Below are positions 27,259 to 35,217 of a stretch of 60,231 nucleotides of DNA, piece after piece. The stretch is taken from NCBI GenBank assembly GCA_040757435.1, contig JBFLXC010000002.1:1-60231 (forward strand), written 5' to 3'. Within the stretch, counting starts at the first letter, position 1. Each line of letters opens with the position of its first letter. The stretch is from Spirochaetota bacterium. GTDB taxonomy: Bacteria > Spirochaetota > Spirochaetia > Treponematales > Rectinemataceae. The notes under the pieces were generated by a model. That model ran no database searches and had not been told where the DNA came from. It saw only the letters and a list, made by a program, of their open reading frames with translations. The position numbers and the translations under genes were made by a program.

Positions 27259-27287
27259 ATATTAGTCGACTAAAGTATAGTTGTCAA
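27259..27287 (-). promoter_or_regulatory. Sigma70 promoter with an embedded palindromic operator (aminotransferase-transaldolase operon)
   Basis: The minus strand reads TTGACA-ACTATACTTTAGTCGAC-TAATAT. It contains the perfect palindrome TTAGTCGACTAA (27262-27273). 25/29 identical to 17690-17718. Confidence 0.7.
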
Positions 27288-27339
27288 TAAGAAACCTTCA
27301 TTTTTAGCGCCCCCTGCCCAAGCCGCGGCCCCCATCGGC

Positions 27340-27403
27340 CGGCGTGGCGGCCCCCAACGTGCGGCGTGGCGGCCCCCAACGTTCGGCGTGGCGGCCCAAA
27401 CCC
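27340..27403. repeat. 22-bp tandem repeat, about 2.9 copies
   Basis: CGGCGTGGCGGCCCCCAACGTG / CGGCGTGGCGGCCCCCAACGTT / CGGCGTGGCGGCCCAAACCC, located in the divergent intergenic region upstream of the EamA gene. Confidence 0.85.
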
Positions 27404-27445
27404 ACCGCTAGAACCTGGCGCCGCCGTTCTGATAGACTCCGGGAT

Positions 27446-28339
27446 ATGAAATTCGCCGGGAACCTTGTTGGAAGGCGTCACAGGAGCGACCAGGCGGCGG
27501 GCATCCTGGCGATGCTGGGCTGCGCCCTGCTCTGGAGCACCGCCGGCTTGTTCATCAAGCTCATAGACTGGCAACCCTTCGCCCTGGCGGGGATCCGGAG
27601 CTCCGTGGCGGCCGTATTCCTCTGGATCGTCGTCAAGAAGCCGAAATTCACGTTTTCCTTTCCCCAGATGGTTTCCGCCCTGGCCTACGCCTCCACCATG
27701 ATCCTCTTCGTCTTCGCCAACAAGAAGACCACAGCCGCTAACGCCATCCTCCTCCAGTATGGAGCTCCCGTATACGTGGCCATCCTTGGCTCCCTGATAC
27801 TCAAGGAAAAGCCGAGGAAAGAACACGTCCTCGCCCTAGCCGCCGTTGTGGTGGGCATGGTGGTGTTTTTCGTCGAGTCCCTGGGGGGCGGCAGCCTCCT
27901 TGGTGACGCCGTGGCCGCCATAGCCGGCCTCACCTTCGCCACCAACATCGTATTCCTGCGCAAGCAGAAGGATGCCTCGCCCATCGACTCCCTCCTTTTG
28001 GGCCATATCTTCACCGCCCTCATCGCCGGGGCCATCTCCCTATCCTTCCCCGCTCCTCGGTTCAGCTTCAGCTCCATCGCCGCCGTAGCCTCAATGGGAG
28101 TCCTGCAGATCGGCGTCCCGGCCCTCCTTTTCGCCTACGGGATCAAGAGGATCACCGCCCTGGAGAGTATCCTCACCGCGGTGGTGGAACCTCTTTTCAG
28201 CCCCCTCTGGGTATTCCTGGCCACCGGCGAGGCTCCGGGCCTAAGCGCCTTCGCCGGCGGTTCCATAATCCTGGGAGCTGTGGTCAGCTCCTCCGTCGCC
28301 TCGGTGCGGCGCAACGCAAGGACAAGGACGGCGCGGTAA
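27446..28339 (+). CDS. EamA/DMT-family transporter
   Basis: About 297 aa, 10 predicted TM segments, 'LLWSTAGLFIKL'. Start taken at ATG 27446, because the track start runs through the tandem repeat. Confidence 0.75.
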   Translation: MKFAGNLVGRRHRSDQAAGILAMLGCALLWSTAGLFIKLIDWQPFALAGIRSSVAAVFLWIVVKKPKFTFSFPQMVSALAYASTMILFVFANKKTTAANAILLQYGAPVYVAILGSLILKEKPRKEHVLALAAVVVGMVVFFVESLGGGSLLGDAVAAIAGLTFATNIVFLRKQKDASPIDSLLLGHIFTALIAGAISLSFPAPRFSFSSIAAVASMGVLQIGVPALLFAYGIKRITALESILTAVVEPLFSPLWVFLATGEAPGLSAFAGGSIILGAVVSSSVASVRRNARTRTAR

Positions 28340-28340
28340 T

Positions 28341-28949
28341 ATGATGAACCAAAGTTTTCTTTCCTCAACGATCCTCCTCATACTCATCACCGATCCCTTG
28401 GGGAACATTCCCCTCTTCGTGGCCGCCTTGAAGCACGTGGAGCCGTCGCGGCGCGCCAAGGTGATCCTGCGGGAATGCGCCATCGCCTTCGCCACCCTGG
28501 TGATCTTCCTCCTCTTCGGCAACGGCTTCCTCTCCGCACTCCACCTGTCGGATGAAACCTTGAGGATCGCGGGGGGAGTGATTCTTTTCCTCATCGCCAT
28601 GAACATGGTCTTCCCCGGCACCGGGGCGCGTCTTGTGGACGAGGAGGCGGGAGCCGAACCCTTCATCGTCCCTGTGGCCATCCCCCTCATCGCCGGACCC
28701 TCGGCCATGACCACGGTGATGCTGTTCTCCAAGGGCTCGCCTGAGAGGATGCTGGAATGGGTGGGGTCGATTTTCATCGCCATGGCGGTGACCACGGCGG
28801 CCTTCCTGTCTTCGGGCAAACTATCGGAATGGCTGGGATCCCGGGTCTTGAGCGCCGTCGAGAAGCTCATGGGACTGGTCCTCACGGCCATCGCCGTGGA
28901 GATGCTCCTGGGGGGGATCGCCAACTACATCAAGTTCATCCAGGGCTGA
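28341..28949 (+). CDS. marC: MarC-family (UPF0056) integral membrane protein
   Basis: 202 aa. 'ITDPLGNIPLF' and 'PLIAGPSAMT' family motifs. Confidence 0.8.
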   Translation: MMNQSFLSSTILLILITDPLGNIPLFVAALKHVEPSRRAKVILRECAIAFATLVIFLLFGNGFLSALHLSDETLRIAGGVILFLIAMNMVFPGTGARLVDEEAGAEPFIVPVAIPLIAGPSAMTTVMLFSKGSPERMLEWVGSIFIAMAVTTAAFLSSGKLSEWLGSRVLSAVEKLMGLVLTAIAVEMLLGGIANYIKFIQG

Positions 28950-31086
28950 GGGAGAAATAGGCCGTGGTGCCCTCGCCGGGCGCCGATTCAAGCCAGATCC
29001 TTCCCCCGTGCCTGTCGATTATGCGCTTGGCAATGGATAGGCCTATGCCGTTCCCGGAGTATTCGTCCACCCCGTGGACGCGGTGGAAGGGCTGGAAGAG
29101 GGACTGGGCGTAGGCCATGTCGAAGCCTATCCCGTTGTCCTTCACGAAGTAGGCTGTCGAACCGGGATGCTTGGGATGGCGGTTGGTCGAGCCGATCTCG
29201 ATCACAGTCCTGGGTTGGCCCTGGGAAAACTTGAAGGCGTTGTCTATGAGGCTCCTCAGGAGGGCTTCCAGGAGGATGGAATCCCCCTCGCAGGCCATGG
29301 ATGTCTTGATGGATATGGAGACCACCCTGTCCGGCTCGCGCTTGATGTATTCCGAGACGATGGCGTTGGCCATGTGTCCCAGGTCCACGGTTTCCCGGCG
29401 AAGCTCGACGTTGGAAATCTTGGACAGGGCGACCAGGTCGTTGATGAGCTCCGTCATCCTGTGCCCGGCCTTCCTGATCCTCGCCAGGTAATGCCTCCCC
29501 GATTCGTCAAGGCTCCGCGAATGCTGCTCTTCCAGGAGCTCCGCGAAGCCCTCCAGGGACCTCAAGGGGCTCCTCAGGTCGTGGGACACGGTGTTTACGA
29601 AGGTCTGGAGCTCCTGGTTTGTGCGTTCCAACTGCATGGTACGCTCCCGGACCCTGTCCTCCAGGCTGTCGTTCATCTCCCTGAGCTGTCGCAAGGTCCG
29701 GCCCTTCTCCGTGATGTCCGTCATTATCTCGCCGATCAGGGAGACTCCCCCCTCCAGGTCGATCCTGAACTTCTGGGTTGAGAGGTGCAGCTTTTCTCCC
29801 GCGCGGTTCTGCCAGGTTTCCTCGAATTCCACATAGCCTTTTTCCATGGCCGCCCTGTCCCAGTAGCGGATGCTGTTCGCCACCTCGGGCTCGAAGAGCT
29901 CTTCCACGGATTTTCCCACCCATTCCTTGCCCTTGTCCCTGTCCTGGAGGGTTTTGTTGGCGAAGAGGACCAAGCCTTTTTCGTTCTTGATCACCACGAA
30001 GGCGGGCATGCGGTCCATGAAGGCCAGGAATTTCCTCTCCGCGGTGCGCAGGTTTTTTTCAGTTTCCAAAAGGTTCTTGTAGCGCCTTGAGGTGCTGGCG
30101 TGGATGGCCACGGAGCCGAAGAGGATGAAGGCCAGGCTCCCGGCTACGAACACCAGCCCGGCGAAGACGAAGTTTATGATCCAGGGGGCGAAGACTTCCT
30201 TCCTCGATATGGTGGACACCAGGATCCAGTCCGTTCCCTCCACGGGCTTGGCAAGCCCGAAGGTCCACCGGCCCTGGTAATTCTTGGCGACGATGAGGTC
30301 CCGGCCCTCATCCATCGCCAGAGTTTCGACGGTCCTCCGGCCCTCCAGGGGCCAGGAGGTGGAAAGGGCGGCGCTGGGAAGGGCCTTGAGGTTTCCCAGC
30401 GCTTCCACGGTTCCCTTCCCCTTCCTGAGCAGGAGGGATTCGGCGGTTTCCGAGGGGCCGGGCCATTCCGAGATGATGGGGAAAAGCTCCTTGTCCGCCT
30501 CGAGGAAGTGCACGATGAAGCCCAGGAGGCGGGCTTCAGGCGACCGGTCCCCGAAGATGGGGATGATGATGTTCAATCCCGGTATGCCGAAGGGCGGCAG
30601 ATGGTAGAGGGGCGTCATGACCGGTCCCCGGGTGACCGAGGCGTAGCGCAAAAACCGGTCCAGGGAGGCGTCGTAGGCCACGGAGGGGTGGGTCGAGATG
30701 AGGAGGGAAGTGTCGGGGCCCAGGGCGAGTATGGCGGAGTAGGGGTAATTCTCCTTGAAGTTTTCGAAGGTGGCGCTCAGCTCTGCCCTGGCGGATGAAT
30801 CCTTGCCCTCCGCCAGCCTGCGGAAGTCCTCGATTATATACTCCATGGCGGCTAAGGTCTTCGCCTCCTTGAGGTAGCCCTTCCTGAGCTGCTGGATCTG
30901 CCGCACCTTCTGGGTGGCGACGCTGTCCAGGAGGGCGGAGGTATCCGCCATGATCTTCCCTACATAGGAGTATGCGAAGATGGCCAGGGCCAGAAAGAGG
31001 AGGAAGATGAAGCCGGCGGGCAGGAGCCAGCCGCCCTGGATCGGAAGAGATCTATCCCTTGTCTTCCCCGTTCTCGTCATGGACAT
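28936..31086 (-). CDS. Sensor histidine kinase (large extracytoplasmic domain, PAS, HisKA, HATPase)
   Basis: 716 aa with two TM segments flanking a sensor domain of about 270 aa. H-box 'VSHDLRSPLRS', N-box 'LIDNAFKF', G-boxes 'DNGIGF' and 'GNGIGLSI'. No response regulator is adjacent. Confidence 0.85.
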   Translation of the reverse strand: MSMTRTGKTRDRSLPIQGGWLLPAGFIFLLFLALAIFAYSYVGKIMADTSALLDSVATQKVRQIQQLRKGYLKEAKTLAAMEYIIEDFRRLAEGKDSSARAELSATFENFKENYPYSAILALGPDTSLLISTHPSVAYDASLDRFLRYASVTRGPVMTPLYHLPPFGIPGLNIIIPIFGDRSPEARLLGFIVHFLEADKELFPIISEWPGPSETAESLLLRKGKGTVEALGNLKALPSAALSTSWPLEGRRTVETLAMDEGRDLIVAKNYQGRWTFGLAKPVEGTDWILVSTISRKEVFAPWIINFVFAGLVFVAGSLAFILFGSVAIHASTSRRYKNLLETEKNLRTAERKFLAFMDRMPAFVVIKNEKGLVLFANKTLQDRDKGKEWVGKSVEELFEPEVANSIRYWDRAAMEKGYVEFEETWQNRAGEKLHLSTQKFRIDLEGGVSLIGEIMTDITEKGRTLRQLREMNDSLEDRVRERTMQLERTNQELQTFVNTVSHDLRSPLRSLEGFAELLEEQHSRSLDESGRHYLARIRKAGHRMTELINDLVALSKISNVELRRETVDLGHMANAIVSEYIKREPDRVVSISIKTSMACEGDSILLEALLRSLIDNAFKFSQGQPRTVIEIGSTNRHPKHPGSTAYFVKDNGIGFDMAYAQSLFQPFHRVHGVDEYSGNGIGLSIAKRIIDRHGGRIWLESAPGEGTTAYFSLSPG

Positions 31087-31170
31087 GGAAATGCGCCTCT
31101 TCCTTTATCATTCTCTCCGCATGGATGGATGTGTTTCGGGGAAGTATAGCACGCAGGGACAGGGACGCAA

Positions 31171-31212
31171 GGATCTCGCGCCGGCAAATGGAAATTTCCC
31201 GGCGCGAGATCC
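31171..31212. repeat. Perfect 14-bp inverted repeat downstream of tkt
   Basis: GGATCTCGCGCCGG (31171-31184) and CCGGCGCGAGATCC (31199-31212) with a 14-nt loop containing GAAATTTC. There is no clear U-tract on the minus strand. Confidence 0.5.
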
Positions 31213-31236
31213 GAATTCCCGCTGCGGCGGGCCGGC

Positions 31237-33240
31237 CTAAAGAAGCTTGCCCTCGATCATGGCGGCGAAGGCTTGGGCGGTGAAGCCTAGATGTGCGGCC
31301 ACCTCGTCGCCGGGGCCGGACTCGCCGAAGCGCTGGATCGAGAGGATATGGTCCCTCGGGGCCAGGGCCTCCCATCCCATTGCTATGCCGGCCTCCGCCA
31401 CGAACACCTGGGCGGGCGGGGAGAGGATGGCGTCCCTCACGGGCTGGGGCGCCCTGAGGAAGGCTTCCCGGTCGGGTACGGACACGACGCTGACAGCCAG
31501 GCCCGGGCGCTTGGCCTCGACAATCTCGGCGGCCTTCATGGCAAGGCTCAGCTCCGATCCCGAGGCGAGGAGGACGGCGTCGGGGGCCTTGGCGGGATTC
31601 TTGGCCACGTAGGCGCCCAAGCCCATGGTGTAGGGCCACTCGGGGTCGTCCTTCTGGAAGACAGGCAGGTTCTGCCGGGACAGCACAAGGACGGTCGGGC
31701 CGTCCAGCCTCTCCATGGCTTGCCTCCAGGCCACGGCGGTCTCCTCGGCGTCCGCGGGGCGCACCACAGCGAGGTTGGGGATGGCGCGCAGGGAGGCGAT
31801 CGTTTCCACGGGCTGGTGGGTGGGTCCGTCCTCGCCTATGAAGATGGAGTCGTGGGTGAGGATGTAGATGACGGGCAGCTTCATGAGTGCCGCTAGGCGG
31901 ATGGCCGGCCTCAGGTAGTCCGCGAAGACCAGGAAGGTGGCGGCGAAGGGCCGCAGGCCACCGTGAAGCGATAGTCCGTTGGCTATGGCGCCCATGGCAT
32001 GCTCACGCACACCGAAATAGATGTACCTGCCGCCTTGGTGGTCCTTGGTGAAAACCAAGGATTTCCCGCTGGGATCGGCGGGCAGCTGGGTGACGTTGGG
32101 GCCCGTGAGGTCGGCCGAGCCGCCCACCAGGTTGGGCCAGGCCTTGGCCACCGCGGCGAGGCTCTTTCCCGAGGCGTTGCGGGTGGCGATCTTTTCTCCC
32201 ATAGCGAAGGAGGGGAGGTCCGGCTCCGCCACCGGCCGGTTGAAGTACCAGAAGCTCAGTTCTTCCGCCAGGGCAGGGTTCTCCTTGGCCCAGGCTTCGT
32301 AGGAAGCCTGCCACGACGCTTTCCGGGCCAGGAGTTCCTTTTTCCTGCCTTCGAAATAGGCGTAGGCCTCGGGGGCGACGAAGAAGGGCTGGTCCGTGGG
32401 GATTCCCAAGGCGAGCTTGGTCTTTTTCCCTTCCTCCTCCCCCAGTGGGGCGCCGTGCGCTCCGGCGGTGCCCTGTTTGTTGGGGGATCCCTTGCCGATG
32501 ATGCTCCGCAGGATCACGAGGCTAGGCCGTTTGGAGTCGGCCTTGGCTTGGGCGGTGAGGGAGGCGAGGCCTTGGTAATCGTACATGTCCCCCGAAAGGA
32601 CCTGCCAGCCGTAGGCCTCGTAGCGCCTGGCCACGTCCTCGGTGAAGGCAAGGTCGGTGGAGCCGTCGATGGAGATCGAGTTGGAGTCGTAGTAGACGAT
32701 GAGCTTCCCGAGCCCCAGGTGGCCCGCCAGGGAGGATGCCTCCGAGGCCACGCCCTCCATGAGGCAGCCGTCCCCCGCGAGTACGTAGGTGTAGTGGTCG
32801 ATTATTTCCTTCCCCGGAGCGTTGAACTTGTCCGCCAGGATCCTCTCCGCCATGGCCATTCCCACAGCCGTGGCTATTCCCTGGCCCAGGGGGCCGGTGG
32901 TGGTTTCCACTCCCGGCGTGAGGCCGTATTCCGGGTGGCCCGGGCACTTCGAGCCTATCTGGCGGAAGCTCTTTATGTCCTCCAGGCTCAAGGGGAAGCC
33001 GGCCATATGGAGGATGGAGTAGAGAAAGGTCGAGCCGTGGCCCGCGGAGAGGACGAACCTGTCCCTGTCGATCCAGTAGGGATCGGTGGGATCGTAGCTC
33101 ATCTCCACGCCGTAGAGGTAGGCGCCCAGCTCCGCCGCACCCAGGGGAAGGCCGGGGTGTCCGGAATTTGCCTTGTTCACCGCGTCGATGCTGAGGCTCC
33201 GCATCGAGAGGGCGATTTTTTCCAGGGATCTTATATCCAT
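31237..33240 (-). CDS. tkt: Transketolase
   Basis: 'SGHPG', the ThDP motif 'GDGCLMEGV', and 'GEDGPTHQP'. Start taken at ATG 33240 (MDIRSLEK). Confidence 0.92.
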   Translation of the reverse strand: MDIRSLEKIALSMRSLSIDAVNKANSGHPGLPLGAAELGAYLYGVEMSYDPTDPYWIDRDRFVLSAGHGSTFLYSILHMAGFPLSLEDIKSFRQIGSKCPGHPEYGLTPGVETTTGPLGQGIATAVGMAMAERILADKFNAPGKEIIDHYTYVLAGDGCLMEGVASEASSLAGHLGLGKLIVYYDSNSISIDGSTDLAFTEDVARRYEAYGWQVLSGDMYDYQGLASLTAQAKADSKRPSLVILRSIIGKGSPNKQGTAGAHGAPLGEEEGKKTKLALGIPTDQPFFVAPEAYAYFEGRKKELLARKASWQASYEAWAKENPALAEELSFWYFNRPVAEPDLPSFAMGEKIATRNASGKSLAAVAKAWPNLVGGSADLTGPNVTQLPADPSGKSLVFTKDHQGGRYIYFGVREHAMGAIANGLSLHGGLRPFAATFLVFADYLRPAIRLAALMKLPVIYILTHDSIFIGEDGPTHQPVETIASLRAIPNLAVVRPADAEETAVAWRQAMERLDGPTVLVLSRQNLPVFQKDDPEWPYTMGLGAYVAKNPAKAPDAVLLASGSELSLAMKAAEIVEAKRPGLAVSVVSVPDREAFLRAPQPVRDAILSPPAQVFVAEAGIAMGWEALAPRDHILSIQRFGESGPGDEVAAHLGFTAQAFAAMIEGKLL

Positions 33241-33315
33241 ACGAAGAACTCCTTTACGAATGCTTAAGGTAAGATACATCCAATCGTGCGGTATTTGTAG
33301 CCCGCCCCACAAAGG

Positions 33316-35148
33316 CTAGGCGAAAGTTCCGTAAGCCGCCACCGCCTTTTCCTTGACCCTGAGGGCAAGGGCTTCCGAAATCCCCCCTGCCTTGGCGATG
33401 TCGGCGAGCTCCGCGAAGGCAAGGTTCTCCAGGGATCCGAAACCTGTGATCAGCTTCCTGGCCCTGGCTTCCCCTATGCCGTCCACGGAGGTGAGGACCG
33501 AGAGCCTCAGGTCCTTCTCCCTCAGCTTCCGGGACAATCCGGTTGCGAAGCGGTGCGTCTCGTCCCTCACCGCCACCAGGACCCTTAAGGCCGGGGAATC
33601 CTTGGGAAGGACGACAGGCTCTGTCCGGTCCGGCAGGTATACTTCCTCGTTCCTTTTCGCCAGCCCCGCGAGGTCGCAATCCATGCCCAGGGCATCCAGG
33701 ATTTCCCTGGCCGCCGAAACCTGGCCCGCGCCTCCGTCTATCAGCACCAGGTCGGGGAGCTCCGCCTCCTCGTTCACCAGCTTGGTGTACCGCCGGGCCA
33801 CCGCCTCCCTGACGGCGCCGAAGTCGTCCACCGCGCCTTTCAGGCTTTTGATCTTGAAATGCCGGTAATTCTTCTTGTCCGGAACCCCGTTCTTGAAGCT
33901 GATCAGGGAAGCCACGGTGTGCTTCCCCGAAAGGTGGGCGATGTCGAAGCCCTCGATCCTGAGGGGAAGGCAGCGCAGCCCCAAGGCTTCCTTAAGCTGG
34001 AGGAGGGCCGCGGCGTCTCCCGCCTCGCGGCGCTTCTTGACCAGTTCCTCCCTGGCGTTCTGGACGGCCAGGTTCATGACCGCCTCGTGCCGGGCTTCCT
34101 TGGGGGATAACAGCTGGACCTTCAGTCCAAGGCTGCGCCGGAAATACTGGCCCACGGCGCGGAATCCCGTGGTCTTCCTCAGGTAGAGGAGGCCGGGGGG
34201 CAGGCGCCCTTGGTGGTAGTAGAAGGCGCAGAAGGTCTGGACGGCCTCAGCCTCCTCGTCGTAGAAGGGGAATATGAAACTGTCCCTGCCGACCATCTTG
34301 CCCTCCCGCATGGAAAACACCACGAAGGAGATGAGATCCCCGTCGGGATGCCAGGCGAGGTAGTCCCGGGCCTCTGGATCGAAGTCCTGCACCTTGGAGC
34401 TCCCCACGAAGCCTTCCACGGCCCTGACCGCGTCGCGCAGCTTCGCGGCTTCCTCGAATCGGAATTCCGCCGCCGCGGCGTCCATCTTCGCCCTGAGTTC
34501 CGCCGCCAGGGCCTCGGTTTCTCCGGAGAGGAGCTTGCGGATCTGGTCCACCCTTTCCATGTAGGCCTCCCTGCTGATCTTGCCGGCGCAGGGACCTGGG
34601 CAGCGGCCTATGTGGTAGTACATGCAGGGGCTCTGGCGCTTTTTCATCACCGCGCAGCGGCGGAGGGGAAAGAGCTCCTTTATGAGGCCGAGGTAGGTGT
34701 CGATCGTCTCGGCGCTTGGGAAGGGGCCGAAGTATTCGCTCCCGTCGGCGATGATGCGCCGGGTGCGGAACACCCGGGGGAACTCCTCGTTGGTGATCCT
34801 GATGGATGGATAGGTCCGTCCGTCCTTGAGGCTGATGTTGTACTTGGGCTTGTGTTCCTTGATGAGGTTGTTTTCCAGGATGAGGGCGTCGTATTCGCTG
34901 CCCGCCAGGGTCCATTCGATGCTGGATATGTGGGAGACCAGATGGCGGGTCTTCGTATCCTTCTTGCCGGAGAAGTAGGAAACCAGGCGGTTCTTGAGGA
35001 CCTTGGCCTTTCCTACGTAGATGATGGCCCCTTCGCTGTCCTTCATCACATAGACTCCCGGCGATTCGGGAGCCTGGCGGGCCTGGGCCCTCAGGCGCTT
35101 GTATTTTTCTCCCCCCGCCCCGGGGACCTCGTCACTCATGTCTGCCAT
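33316..35148 (-). CDS. uvrC: Excinuclease ABC subunit C
   Basis: 610 aa. GIY-YIG 'GVYVMKD..G.IIYVGKAK.LKNR', a UVR domain, and a C-terminal (HhH)2. Confidence 0.92.
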   Translation of the reverse strand: MADMSDEVPGAGGEKYKRLRAQARQAPESPGVYVMKDSEGAIIYVGKAKVLKNRLVSYFSGKKDTKTRHLVSHISSIEWTLAGSEYDALILENNLIKEHKPKYNISLKDGRTYPSIRITNEEFPRVFRTRRIIADGSEYFGPFPSAETIDTYLGLIKELFPLRRCAVMKKRQSPCMYYHIGRCPGPCAGKISREAYMERVDQIRKLLSGETEALAAELRAKMDAAAAEFRFEEAAKLRDAVRAVEGFVGSSKVQDFDPEARDYLAWHPDGDLISFVVFSMREGKMVGRDSFIFPFYDEEAEAVQTFCAFYYHQGRLPPGLLYLRKTTGFRAVGQYFRRSLGLKVQLLSPKEARHEAVMNLAVQNAREELVKKRREAGDAAALLQLKEALGLRCLPLRIEGFDIAHLSGKHTVASLISFKNGVPDKKNYRHFKIKSLKGAVDDFGAVREAVARRYTKLVNEEAELPDLVLIDGGAGQVSAAREILDALGMDCDLAGLAKRNEEVYLPDRTEPVVLPKDSPALRVLVAVRDETHRFATGLSRKLREKDLRLSVLTSVDGIGEARARKLITGFGSLENLAFAELADIAKAGGISEALALRVKEKAVAAYGTFA

Positions 35149-35217
35149 ACTCTATACTAATAGTACGGAAAGCGGGAGCGTTGGAAAAGTGCGCCCCGGA
35201 TAGGCGCGGAGGATGGA

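Noticed and set aside
27340-27403. Tandem 22-mers considered as a mini-CRISPR array or as the coding N-terminus of the EamA protein
   Set aside because: The copies are directly adjacent with no spacers, so this is not a CRISPR array. The translated extension is Arg/Pro-rich and precedes a normal membrane-protein N-terminus at ATG 27446. The repeat is kept as a non-coding repeat finding instead.
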